A stretch of DNA of 61,483 bases, filler included, from Globobulimina sp. (taxonomy: Eukaryota): assembly GCA_003354225.1 (NCBI GenBank). It is 19 parts of 19 records of this genome, joined end to end, with 100 filler letters (N's around TTAATTAATTAA, not from the genome) between each part and the next. Parts side by side here need not be neighbours in the genome. Positions count along the whole stretch, not along the records: positions 1 to 3,143 come from PIVH01003595.1; positions 3,244 to 6,386 come from PIVH01003596.1; positions 6,487 to 9,628 come from PIVH01003597.1; 16 more parts are not named here. The stretch is one strand, 5' to 3'. The stretch's first letter is position 1. Every line of letters begins with the position of its first letter. Below the pieces are notes generated by a model that worked only from the letters and a program-made list of their open reading frames with translations, did not search any database and was not told the origin of the DNA. This document shows positions 1 through 9,728 of the stretch, one piece after another. A program made the position numbers and the translations under genes.

Positions 1-621
1 CTACCCATTCATTTTGAAGGTAACCATAATGATTACGGTGGTTTCAGCCAATTTGAACTTTTCATTGAAAAAAGTAAATTTTTAAGTTGGAAAGAAGAAA
101 TATTGACAAATGATGTTGGTGTGGAACAATTCAATGAAACTCAAGTCAAAGCACAGCAATGTATGAAAACAAAAAGAATGAAAAAAATAAAATGTGCGAC
201 AAATAGATATGGATGGGATGACAGTATAAACTTTGAAATCGAAGACGGTGAACCCATATTACTGTGCCATATTATGTCAATATTATTTTATACGAATTTC
301 ACAGATTTATCAACTTCTTTCAGCAAAACCTTTCGCAGATTGGAGTGTGGAGAGACTTTACAATCTGTCAAAGAAAGAAATAGTTATTGGTGGCTCAGTA
401 AATATATTATTGAAACGGTTATCGGTTTGGTACATGTTATGCCTCAATATATTGACGAATATGAGGTGCGATTTAAATGTAGTTTTGAAGCAGCTCAATT
501 AGAGAATTTATCAGACATTGTGGATATATTAGCATTAGGAAATACGGTGATTCTTCGCTCAAAGAATTGTGATTTACCTGAATCTGATTTTTGGGTACCT
601 TGCAATCATGAATATCACTGA
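1..621 (+). CDS. 5'-partial hypothetical protein of a lineage-expanded family, possibly truncated or chimeric
   Basis: Frame is open from base 1 (LPIHFEGNHNDYGG...KEEIL...HIMSILFYTNFTDLSTSFSKTFRR...SYWWLSKYIIETV). It resembles foraminiferan expanded proteins as I recall them; not searched. Confidence 0.5.
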   Translation, partial: LPIHFEGNHNDYGGFSQFELFIEKSKFLSWKEEILTNDVGVEQFNETQVKAQQCMKTKRMKKIKCATNRYGWDDSINFEIEDGEPILLCHIMSILFYTNFTDLSTSFSKTFRRLECGETLQSVKERNSYWWLSKYIIETVIGLVHVMPQYIDEYEVRFKCSFEAAQLENLSDIVDILALGNTVILRSKNCDLPESDFWVPCNHEYH

Positions 622-733
622 AAACATAACCTGCATACTTTTAATAAAATAGTATATCTGCTAACTAGATCAAGAATACTTAGTATTCTTGCGCTATTAA
701 ATGTTTTTCAGTTGAAATCACTCACTTGAAATC

Positions 734-2674
734 ATGGCAGAAGTGGATAATCGTAGTGTTTTGATGATGCAGTTACGTTCAATGGAAACAGATTATGTGA
801 CTGAATTAAAATATTTGTTGGTAGCATATTGGTATCCATTACAAAGCATAATTTCTGAACAAGAACACCAAATATTATTTGCAAGTATTGAATCTATCAC
901 CAAACTCACTACAAATTATTTACAAAAAATGTGCATTGGCGAGATTATACTAACTCATTGTCATCAAATGCAATCATTATATTCCAATTATTTTAACAAT
1001 TATCAAAACTCAAATAAATTATTACAGCATTTATTTAAAAACAACGCTCAATTTTTTAATTTTTGTCAAAATGTGCATAAAAGCAATAAAAGTAATAATA
1101 GTTTATCATTGTTATTGCAATTGCCGTTACTCCATATCTTCAAAATTTGCAATCAGATTTCTGATATTATAAATGATAAAAATTCATTATCAGATTTTGA
1201 TGAAAACGCATTCAAAAAATGCTTTGATATTTTAAACAATTTATGTTTAAAATGCACACAAATTAAGCACACAAATGATGAAAATAATGAATATTCCTAT
1301 TTTATAAATGAATTATTATCCAATGAACAATATTATATTCAACAAATGAAACAATTTCTTGTTTCAATCAACCCACAAAATAATAATATAATGTTCAATT
1401 TACAAATGAAAACAAAACAAGATTTTATTGCAAATATTGATTTAATTTATAAATTCCATATACATTTTGTGGAATTAATCAAATATAAAATAAGTAATTA
1501 TAACAATGGAACCTCATTTGCCGATATTTGGGCAGATTTACTCCAAATTCTATCAAATTATCATAAAATTATAAATGAATACAATGAAATCAAATTGTTT
1601 TTCGATGGAATCAATAGTAATATTTCATTGCTTGCAATACAAACAATATCATTAAGGATTAAATATTATTGCGTGATATTTGAAAGTATGACAAAATCAA
1701 TCAACAATAAGCAAAGCCAAGATTTTATTCAATTAACAAACACATTAAATTGTATTAAAAGCTTACAAATCGAAATAAAACCAAAATTGAATGATATTTA
1801 TAACTCATTTATGTTATTATTAATTCAACACAAAATCGATCATAATTCACGTGAAATATATAATAAATATTTACTAAAACATCCAATCAATAAAAGCAAT
1901 CATAAATATTTATTTGATGGATATTTAATGAAGTTATCTGTGATAAAGCAACGGGATAAAATTTATTTATTTTTATTATTTACTGATTGTTTGATTTATT
2001 GTTCATTGAATAACAACAATAATAATAATAATTTATTAAATATCAATGATTTGAATGACTATAAACACAGCAATATCACCATAAATATTCATAAAATATT
2101 AAATATAAATAATGGAGCACTCTCAGTGGTGAGTTATAGTGAAATACCGCCCAATAACAATAAATGTGCGTTTTCTATTTTAACTGAAAAGGAATCGTTT
2201 CTAGTTTGTGCACAAAATATAGACTCAAAAAATAAATGGATTGGGTTATTAAATGAGATTATTATTTATAATGCAAATATTTTTAATATTAATGACAAAA
2301 TGGTGAGGCCATCCACTTTATTTTTGCCTTATTCGTTTTCTGAGCAATGTATGATCCATAAATGTGGCAACAAATTTGGTGATAATAATGTTGCCAGATT
2401 TCATTGTCGATCCTGTGGCAGAATTATTTGTAACAAATGTTGTGATTTTAAAATTAATTCCTATGAAATGCCAAATAATTTAATTCGTGCTTGCAGAGAT
2501 TGTAAAACGTATTGTGATAATAATGAAGATGACGACGATGATTTAATGAGAAGTACCGGTTATAATGAAGATAATGATTTGTTTATTGGCAATAATAGAC
2601 AAAGGAATAAAATACCAAATCAAGCAAAACCTCCACCATACAAAAGATCAAAATGCAATTCGAATAAACAATAA
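734..2674 (+). CDS. RhoGEF-like protein: two DH-like repeats, PH and FYVE-type zinc finger (FGD-like)
   Basis: DH-like starts (METDYVTEL; ELLSNEQYYIQQM), PH (GYLMKLS...LFLLFTDCLIY...KNKWIGLL), FYVE-like RFHCRSCGRIICNKCC...RACRDC. Confidence 0.8.
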   Translation: MAEVDNRSVLMMQLRSMETDYVTELKYLLVAYWYPLQSIISEQEHQILFASIESITKLTTNYLQKMCIGEIILTHCHQMQSLYSNYFNNYQNSNKLLQHLFKNNAQFFNFCQNVHKSNKSNNSLSLLLQLPLLHIFKICNQISDIINDKNSLSDFDENAFKKCFDILNNLCLKCTQIKHTNDENNEYSYFINELLSNEQYYIQQMKQFLVSINPQNNNIMFNLQMKTKQDFIANIDLIYKFHIHFVELIKYKISNYNNGTSFADIWADLLQILSNYHKIINEYNEIKLFFDGINSNISLLAIQTISLRIKYYCVIFESMTKSINNKQSQDFIQLTNTLNCIKSLQIEIKPKLNDIYNSFMLLLIQHKIDHNSREIYNKYLLKHPINKSNHKYLFDGYLMKLSVIKQRDKIYLFLLFTDCLIYCSLNNNNNNNNLLNINDLNDYKHSNITINIHKILNINNGALSVVSYSEIPPNNNKCAFSILTEKESFLVCAQNIDSKNKWIGLLNEIIIYNANIFNINDKMVRPSTLFLPYSFSEQCMIHKCGNKFGDNNVARFHCRSCGRIICNKCCDFKINSYEMPNNLIRACRDCKTYCDNNEDDDDDLMRSTGYNEDNDLFIGNNRQRNKIPNQAKPPPYKRSKCNSNKQ

Positions 2675-2827
2675 TCTGACTGTATTGTAGATACTCTTGA
2701 GTTAAATTTTTAATTTCCAGAAATTGGTAACATACTGATAATAAAAACAAGAAAAATTCCGATGATAAAACAAATTTATGCTTAGTTGCTATCCTTGCAC
2801 AGCTAGGATAATATTATTATATTACAT

Positions 2828-3143
2828 TTATTTGTCGATTTCATTTCCAGTTCCTTTTTGAACCTCCTTTTTAGAAATGTCCTCTTTTGATTTTTCCTTT
2901 GTTTCTGGTGAAACATTATCGGTTTTTTCATCCAATTTGTTATCAATGTTACTGTCAGTTTGTTGCTGTTTATCTGTCTTTTCTTCTTTTGCTTGAATTG
3001 CTTCGTTCTCATTTACATTATTTTTTTGTTCATCTGTCTTTTCAGTCTTTTCTTCTTTTTGTTCATCATTATCCAAATTATTTGCTTTGTCATTTAATTT
3101 CTGTTTCTTTGTTGGTGGTGGCTCACATTCCGATTTGTCTTCT
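2828..3143 (-). CDS. 5'-partial charged low-complexity protein
   Basis: E/K/N/Q-rich frame running from the contig edge. Confidence 0.4.
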
Positions 3144-3243
3144 NNNNNNNNNNNNNNNNNNNNNNNNNNNNNNNNNNNNNNNNNNNNTTAATTAATTAAN
3201 NNNNNNNNNNNNNNNNNNNNNNNNNNNNNNNNNNNNNNNNNNN
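3144..3243. other. Artificial contig linker (44 N + TTAATTAATTAA + 44 N). First of 18; the others start at 6387, 9629, 12871, 16113, 19355, 22597, 25839, 29080, 32321, 35562, 38803, 42044, 45285, 48526, 51767, 55007 and 58246
   Basis: Identical 100-nt spacer with stops in all frames; the contigs between linkers are 3143-3138 bp in non-increasing order. Confidence 0.99.
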
Positions 3244-3659
3244 CAATTAATTAAAGGCAACAACCACCAACAAAATGACAATGATGATCGAGAATGGTTT
3301 TTATCGAGCTTTAAATTTTCTGGGATTGTGTGAGTTTGTTTATTTTTTTTTACCATGAAAACTCTCACAAATCGCATAAAAGTTATTTAAATTTTATTAT
3401 ATTTCTGGACAAGTTGTACTTTTTTATACTGTCATGATGAGTTAACAGTTTTTCTTGTAGGATTTTCAGTTGGTTTCAACAATGTTTCCCAGCGATTTGT
3501 TGAGGCGTGATACGAATCATAGTTATCATACAATGTATGTCTAACCATTGGATTTAAGTTATTTTATAATTTCAGACAACACGAAAAAAAAAAAGGAATC
3601 AAGACACAGATAAAAACATTGAATTTTCAAGTATCACACTATTAACCACGGAACACTAT

Positions 3660-6353
3660 ATGTCAGAGTCAGATTCATTTGATAACATTGAGGCAGCAAA
3701 CACAATATTTATCCATTCATCCACAACCAGTCGGATATGTAAATCAGACGTATCATGTGCTACATCGGCTTCTTTATCCTCTAAATCGTCGGGACATACA
3801 CATTCATTGTCACCCAGCACCAACAGTGATCGTCCTTTGTTTGCCACCATGTCAACGCAATTACAAAACTATGTCGATATCGAATCTACAAAACATCCGA
3901 TCTCTGACGATAATGATACGTTATATGCATACAATACATATGAAGAGAAGCAACACATACTGTCCAACCATAGCAATCCTTATAAACATTTAGAACAACA
4001 AATGATACACAATTATAATCATAACATGCAAAGCAGCGGCAACAGCCACAGTGACGGGGAACATTGCACCGCTCATAAACCCAAACGAAAACGTAAAAAA
4101 AAACGCAGAAACAAACGGAAACACAAAAAAAAATCCAAAGTAATATTACCTAACATCAAACCACATGCACCCAAACGCAAAAAAGTACCAATGCATCCTC
4201 CAAATATTGTCACTACAAAATATCCATCGGCGCCACCACCGCCGGTACCTCATCCAGCCACATTGCAATTACATTCACCATATTCATATTCAAATACATG
4301 TACACCAATCCACGCATATTACACACCACCGCCGTGTATGGAGAATACTACGTATTATCACACCACACCATCACCAATGAATAGACCACCATTAATATTG
4401 CAGCAATACGACTATGATATAGCAAATATAATGGCCAATATGGCTGCGCAGAGCAAGAGTAATTACTCTTTTTTTGCATATAATCATGATAATGGCTCCA
4501 TGCATCGACTGACACCGGTCAGCATTGATACGCATACTCCCATATCGTCATCGCCTGCATGTACCGGCACCACACCATTGTATTCCTGTGCTTATACACC
4601 TTCTAAATCTACACAACCACAAACATGTACGCCTACATTTGGCAGTACCATACAAAGTATGCATAGCAATGTGAATGTGCAGAAGTATGAAAGTGAGCGG
4701 GAGCCTGAACATGAACATTTGCATGGGACATATTGGGATTTGGCGCAGTATGACGGACAGAAATATTTATTGACTGATTTTGCTGCGGAAAAATTCCAAG
4801 TGCGCAAACATAAAAAGACATCCATTTTTAGCAAGAGTTATCGTGAAAATAAAGATGTAACGTTTTTAGAACAGTTATTTAGTTTTTCACCGTATAAGAA
4901 AATGAAGCATTCATTGTTAGCAATGGAGACGCGTGAAATGGATAAAATTGGTATGCAAATATGGAAAAATATCAATGGTTTTATGGAATTACGCAAATCG
5001 TCGAAATTTGAGCAACAACATATTGATACAATATTGCAAATTGCATTAGATTCAAATGATATGATCAAAGATGAAATATTTTGTCAAATTGTAAAGCAGA
5101 CGAATTATAATTATAATAGCAATAAAAAAATTGGTATTGAGGTTTATAAATTAATCAAAGGCTGGCAATTAATGTGTATTTGTTGCAGTATTTCTTGTCA
5201 GTCGCCACAATTTGTTAAGTATTTAGCTTGTTATTTATGCAAAGAATCAAAAGATATCACATTTGGTGATGGCAAAATGAGTGAAATGGCCACATTTGCA
5301 TTACATGCATTGGATAATACAATGATTGCTGGAAGTCGTCACATTGAGCCCTTACCATTGGAAATAAATTGTATTCAAAATTGTAAATCGATTCCAATCA
5401 AAATATATTTTTTAGATAATACGTTTTTAACTTTTAATATCAACTCACAAACCAGCACCAAACAGCTGTGTCACATTTTAGTTTCGAAATTAAAATTAAA
5501 CGCAAATAATTGCGGTTATTTTGCTGTCTATGAATGTGAGGAAATACCAATGAAAAAATATAATGACTATGTGTTGAAACTGTACAATTGCAGATTGGAT
5601 ATGAATTATAACCAAAAAGTGCAACATTTGAATAATTTGCTGATTGACAGGGAATTAAATGCAAATGAACGGATAATGGATGTTTACAGTTCGTGGCAGA
5701 GATATTCACATAAGAAAAATAAAAATATTCGATTGGTTTATAAATGTAGAATATTTAATAAATGCAAAATGAATATTAATCCGGATTTATTTACGAGTAA
5801 TGAATGGAAACTTATGTTTTTGAACGAATTTTATAATGTAATGTGTAATAAATATCCGATTAACTCCGGAAACGATTTATTGCATTTAGCTGCCATTCAA
5901 ATGCAAGCAGAATATGACCATATTACAACAGGTATCACTACAAAATATGGACGAAAACAATGTAAACCATTAATATTACAAAAACAATATCAATTTTATA
6001 GAGATTTAACACCGAAACAATGTTATGTGAGATATATAAACTATTTGTTGCAATTGAATGATGCAAATTTATTTGTTGGATGTGTATTTTTTTATTGTGT
6101 CTGTCAAATAAATCACAATGATTTCATCATTGGGATTAACGACGATTCATTGCTTATTATTCATCCACCCACAAAAAAAATAATTGATCGATATATGTTT
6201 GAGCAAATAATAAGTTATGGATTCAAAACTAATTCGTTTGTTTTTGTGGCCGGTTCAGTATTAACACCACAAAAATATCAATTTGCTACAAGTTATGGAA
6301 AAGAAATCAACCATTTATTACAACAATATATTGAGATCCGAACACGTCGATAA
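3660..6353 (+). CDS. MyTH4-FERM domain protein with a Pro-rich/basic disordered N-terminus and no motor domain
   Basis: MyTH4 (IKDEIFCQIVKQT...KGWQLMCIC...FVKYL) followed by FERM lobes (IYFLDNT...LAAIQMQAEY...FEQIISYG...YQFATSYGKEI). Confidence 0.85.
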   Translation: MSESDSFDNIEAANTIFIHSSTTSRICKSDVSCATSASLSSKSSGHTHSLSPSTNSDRPLFATMSTQLQNYVDIESTKHPISDDNDTLYAYNTYEEKQHILSNHSNPYKHLEQQMIHNYNHNMQSSGNSHSDGEHCTAHKPKRKRKKKRRNKRKHKKKSKVILPNIKPHAPKRKKVPMHPPNIVTTKYPSAPPPPVPHPATLQLHSPYSYSNTCTPIHAYYTPPPCMENTTYYHTTPSPMNRPPLILQQYDYDIANIMANMAAQSKSNYSFFAYNHDNGSMHRLTPVSIDTHTPISSSPACTGTTPLYSCAYTPSKSTQPQTCTPTFGSTIQSMHSNVNVQKYESEREPEHEHLHGTYWDLAQYDGQKYLLTDFAAEKFQVRKHKKTSIFSKSYRENKDVTFLEQLFSFSPYKKMKHSLLAMETREMDKIGMQIWKNINGFMELRKSSKFEQQHIDTILQIALDSNDMIKDEIFCQIVKQTNYNYNSNKKIGIEVYKLIKGWQLMCICCSISCQSPQFVKYLACYLCKESKDITFGDGKMSEMATFALHALDNTMIAGSRHIEPLPLEINCIQNCKSIPIKIYFLDNTFLTFNINSQTSTKQLCHILVSKLKLNANNCGYFAVYECEEIPMKKYNDYVLKLYNCRLDMNYNQKVQHLNNLLIDRELNANERIMDVYSSWQRYSHKKNKNIRLVYKCRIFNKCKMNINPDLFTSNEWKLMFLNEFYNVMCNKYPINSGNDLLHLAAIQMQAEYDHITTGITTKYGRKQCKPLILQKQYQFYRDLTPKQCYVRYINYLLQLNDANLFVGCVFFYCVCQINHNDFIIGINDDSLLIIHPPTKKIIDRYMFEQIISYGFKTNSFVFVAGSVLTPQKYQFATSYGKEINHLLQQYIEIRTRR

Positions 6354-6640
6354 ATATTAAATACCCAATTTACAGCTTATTGCGAGNNNNNNNNNNNNNN
6401 NNNNNNNNNNNNNNNNNNNNNNNNNNNNNNTTAATTAATTAANNNNNNNNNNNNNNNNNNNNNNNNNNNNNNNNNNNNNNNNNNNNTGGATGGATTGTTC
6501 TAAATAGAATTGATAGATGTAATGCTTGTATTTGTATTTTTTCCCATAAACTCAATCAAAAATCCGAAAACATATATTAGTTTCTATTATTATGACGATG
6601 ACAAATTTCCTGTATGGTCATTGTTTGCAATAAAACTACG

Positions 6641-6793
6641 TATTCAATTTGTTTAACTTTCTTGACAATAAACGTGTTTCCGAAAACACAGTTTTTGGCC
6701 TTGGGGGCTCCCCACCCCCCACCTCCGAGCCCCCTCGGCCAAAAACTGTGTTTTCGGAAACACGTTTCTTGTCTCGAAAAAACAAATTGAATA
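6641..6793. repeat. Long imperfect inverted repeat (foldback/MITE-like hairpin)
   Basis: Arms 6664-6710 and 6727-6773 are complementary at 44 of 47 positions around a 16-nt C-rich loop; outer TATTCAATTTGTTT (6641) pairs with AAACAAATTGAATA (6780-6793). Confidence 0.9.
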
Positions 6794-6842
6794 ATATACT
6801 AATAATAGTATTTTACCAGCACTCAGTAATATCGAGTCTGGT

Positions 6843-6915
6843 AACGTGTTTCTAAAAACAAAGTTTTTCGCACCAAGGGGGCGCGTCTTAGGCGCGTAGC
6901 GCCGCGCCCCCAAGT
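6843..6915. repeat. Diverged copy of the foldback arm followed by a GC-rich nested hairpin
   Basis: AACGTGTTTCTAAAAACAAAGTTTTT resembles 6671-6696; then GGGGGCGC...GGCGC-GTA-GCGCC...GCGCCCCC. Confidence 0.7.
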
Positions 6916-7379
6916 ACAATATTTTACCAAAAAATCTACGTGAGATATAAAAGAAAATATCTTATAAAGGTAATTTTATGTATTACAGTAAACCGTATTT
7001 ATGAATTCCGATTTTTGGATTTGGTTTATGGGATAAAGAAATGTTGTGATTTTGTGATTGTGTTTGTTTTATTATTGTGGTTTTGTGAGTTTGTGATGTA
7101 ACTAAAGAAAATTGATAAGTAAAAGTAACTGCTTATATATTCCAATTGGAAACGAAGCAACCACTTTTTAGAATAAATCTTGTTGTATACTATCCGCACA
7201 TTTTTTGTATGCATTTCGTAAACAAAGAAAAACGAAGAAACAGTGATTATGTACAACTCTGCTAGTTTTTTCTAAATTTACAAACAAACCAAAAACCTTT
7301 TTCGTCTTCCTTACATTGTCAACATAACACAGACACACATTAGCATTAGCGTTAGCATTAAATCGAATATATATTAACG

Positions 7380-9523
7380 ATGCCGAAAAATACAAATTTA
7401 AAAAAGAATATATCGAAGAAGAAGAAAAAAGAAACACGTAACCGCACCACAAAAAACAAAAAATTATTTGCTGTATTGCATGAACGTAATGGTCGACGTA
7501 AAAATGGTGGACAGAAACCAAAAGGTCCAGTATGGAAACAGTTTAAAATTACATTAATTAATCCAAATCTACCTGCATATAATAATAATATTTTAAGCTG
7601 TCAATGTAGACATTGCAGTCATATGGTATTAAAAACTGCATTGACAGCAATTCGTGTATCAACGTTACGAAACCATGGGTTAAAATGTAAGCATTTCCCG
7701 CATGAGTCCAAATGTATGTTTTTTATAATAATATTTTAAACAAAAACGTTTGCAAATATAATATACAAAAATAGTGGAAATTATCCACAAAAATGAACAG
7801 ATATTAGCGAAACGGATACCATACTCCGTATATCAAGATGTAATGCATGGCAACACAAAATTAAATCGACGTATTTATGGACATCCTTCGGATGTTATTG
7901 GTGGTGATTTATATGGTTTATTATGTGCTGCGCCGAGTGTGAGAGATAATATTATTTTAAATGTCACCAACAGTGGTGATTTAAATTTAGGTTCACTGTC
8001 AACACATTCTGGTGATGCTGCGTATGGTGGCATATTAACATTGCCTACATTGGCAAACAACCGATGATGATGACAACAAAAGCCAGTCTGTACCAGCACC
8101 AGCATCCGAAGCAGAAGCAGCCGATTTCCCTCAACAGCAAACTCCAGAAACTACATTGTTGCGACGTCGCTGTGCAGTTGCAGACATACCATCACTTTTA
8201 GCATTGCCGCCGTTATCAATCTCTCAATCATTGAAAGACATGCCTATGAAACCTGGTTTGCATTGTTTCAAATTTGTATCAGTTTGACGACTCTGAAAAT
8301 CATAATTTTAACAAACCGATTTTTTGGTTTCGATTTTGTACAGAGCCTGTTCCTGAATTTAAAGAATTTAAAATGAATAAATTTTGTCAATGGTTTGCAG
8401 AAAAAGTTGCAGATCAAAACAAAGTGGATGCTCATTGTTTCAATTATATTTTAGGAACATTGTCAAATTGGAATAATTTCAAGACCCCTGAATATGACTC
8501 GTTAATTAATGTATTATTTGATTATATTATCAAATATAAAGAAAAACCATTGCAGCCACCAGCAGTAAAATTAACTGGTGAAGTAATGAATAATCATTTG
8601 CATCAAATGAGAGACCAAATGAATGGTTTTATGATTAAATATAAACATTTTGGTTTGCATGTCGATGAATGCACAAAGCGACGATTAAGTTTAGTTTTTA
8701 ATTTTTTGGGTTAAATATTTTTTTGTTGTTGTTTGTAATCAAAAATCCTATGCAGGTCAAGCGTTACATATTGTACGTACTGGCAATTATGGTATTACGT
8801 TTATTTTAGATGTCTCCTGCTTATCGTTAGACAAATCTGCCAAGCAATTATTCGGTTTAACTAAATCGATTTTGGGTTTTTATATTTCTCAGGGATGTGT
8901 ATTGGATGTAACTATTAGTTAAGAACATGTTATAAAATATTTATTATCGCAGACAAGTTATTTTTTAACGCAAACTCGCATAGAAATAATAACTTATCTG
9001 CGATTATAATAATTTTTTGACGCATAATAATAACTTGTCTGCGGATATAATAACTTGTCAGCGATTTTTTTTATGCGAGAATGCATTACTAAATATTTTG
9101 AAACTTAAAAATAAATATTTTGACATGTAAACAGCTGATAACTGCAACAAAGCCATAAGTTATCGTAATATGGTTGCTAACAATTGGGATTCTGTAAGCA
9201 CGGGTGGATTTGTGCATGTTTTGGCCAATACAGCGGGTAAATTAGGTGGATGGATGGAAATGGCGGAAGAGATTAAATCTGCGAGATCTTTAGCACATAA
9301 ATTTTATAATACCGGTGCCAGCTGTATTTATAAGGAGATAACTGGTATGAATACTGATGATGTATTGCAGTGTTGTTATAGTGGTAACGTAATGGAATGG
9401 AATCAAACTGATGGTATTTTACATTGGATATTATTGAATAAAGATGTTATTATGGCATGTTTGAATGATAAAAGAATTAATAAATTTATTAAAAAAGAAG
9501 TGAGAGATAAATATTTACAGTAG
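7380..9523 (+). mobile_element. hAT-superfamily transposase gene (BED zinc finger + RNase H-like core), intron-containing, frameshifted and truncated
   Basis: BED finger (GPVWKQF...CRHC...STLRNHGLKC). Predicted introns 7713-7774, 8689-8755 and 8918-9134 join FGLHVDECT, VTITDNCNKA, GGFVHVLANT (CxxH-like position) and MEWNQTDGIL (TRWNS-like). Two +1 frame changes near 8057 and 8250-8287. Confidence 0.7.
8947..9064. repeat. Four copies of a 16-mer AATAACTTGTCTGCGA (one inverted, three direct) inside a predicted intron
   Basis: Reverse copy 8947-8962; direct copies 8988-9003, 9029-9044 and 9049-9064, each with one mismatch. Confidence 0.85.
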
Positions 9524-9555
9524 TGTTCCCGATAAGAGATACGCATATTAGTACT
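9518..9555. mobile_element. Putative Tc1/mariner/pogo-like terminus of an inserted element (copy 1)
   Basis: TA|CAGTAGTGTTCCCGATAAGAGATACGCATATTAGTACT, 37/38 identical to 42006-42043; supplies the stop codon that ends the hAT ORF. Confidence 0.65.
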
Positions 9556-9728
9556 AATATATATATTATACTGCTAATATATTGAATAAATGGTGGACCT
9601 GTCAAGGGATAATATATTTTTTTTTTTTNNNNNNNNNNNNNNNNNNNNNNNNNNNNNNNNNNNNNNNNNNNNTTAATTAATTAANNNNNNNNNNNNNNNN
9701 NNNNNNNNNNNNNNNNNNNNNNNNNNNN

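Noticed and set aside
6984-7010. TA-CAGTAAACCG as another pogo-like terminus
   Set aside because: Single occurrence with no inverted partner seen; too short to support.
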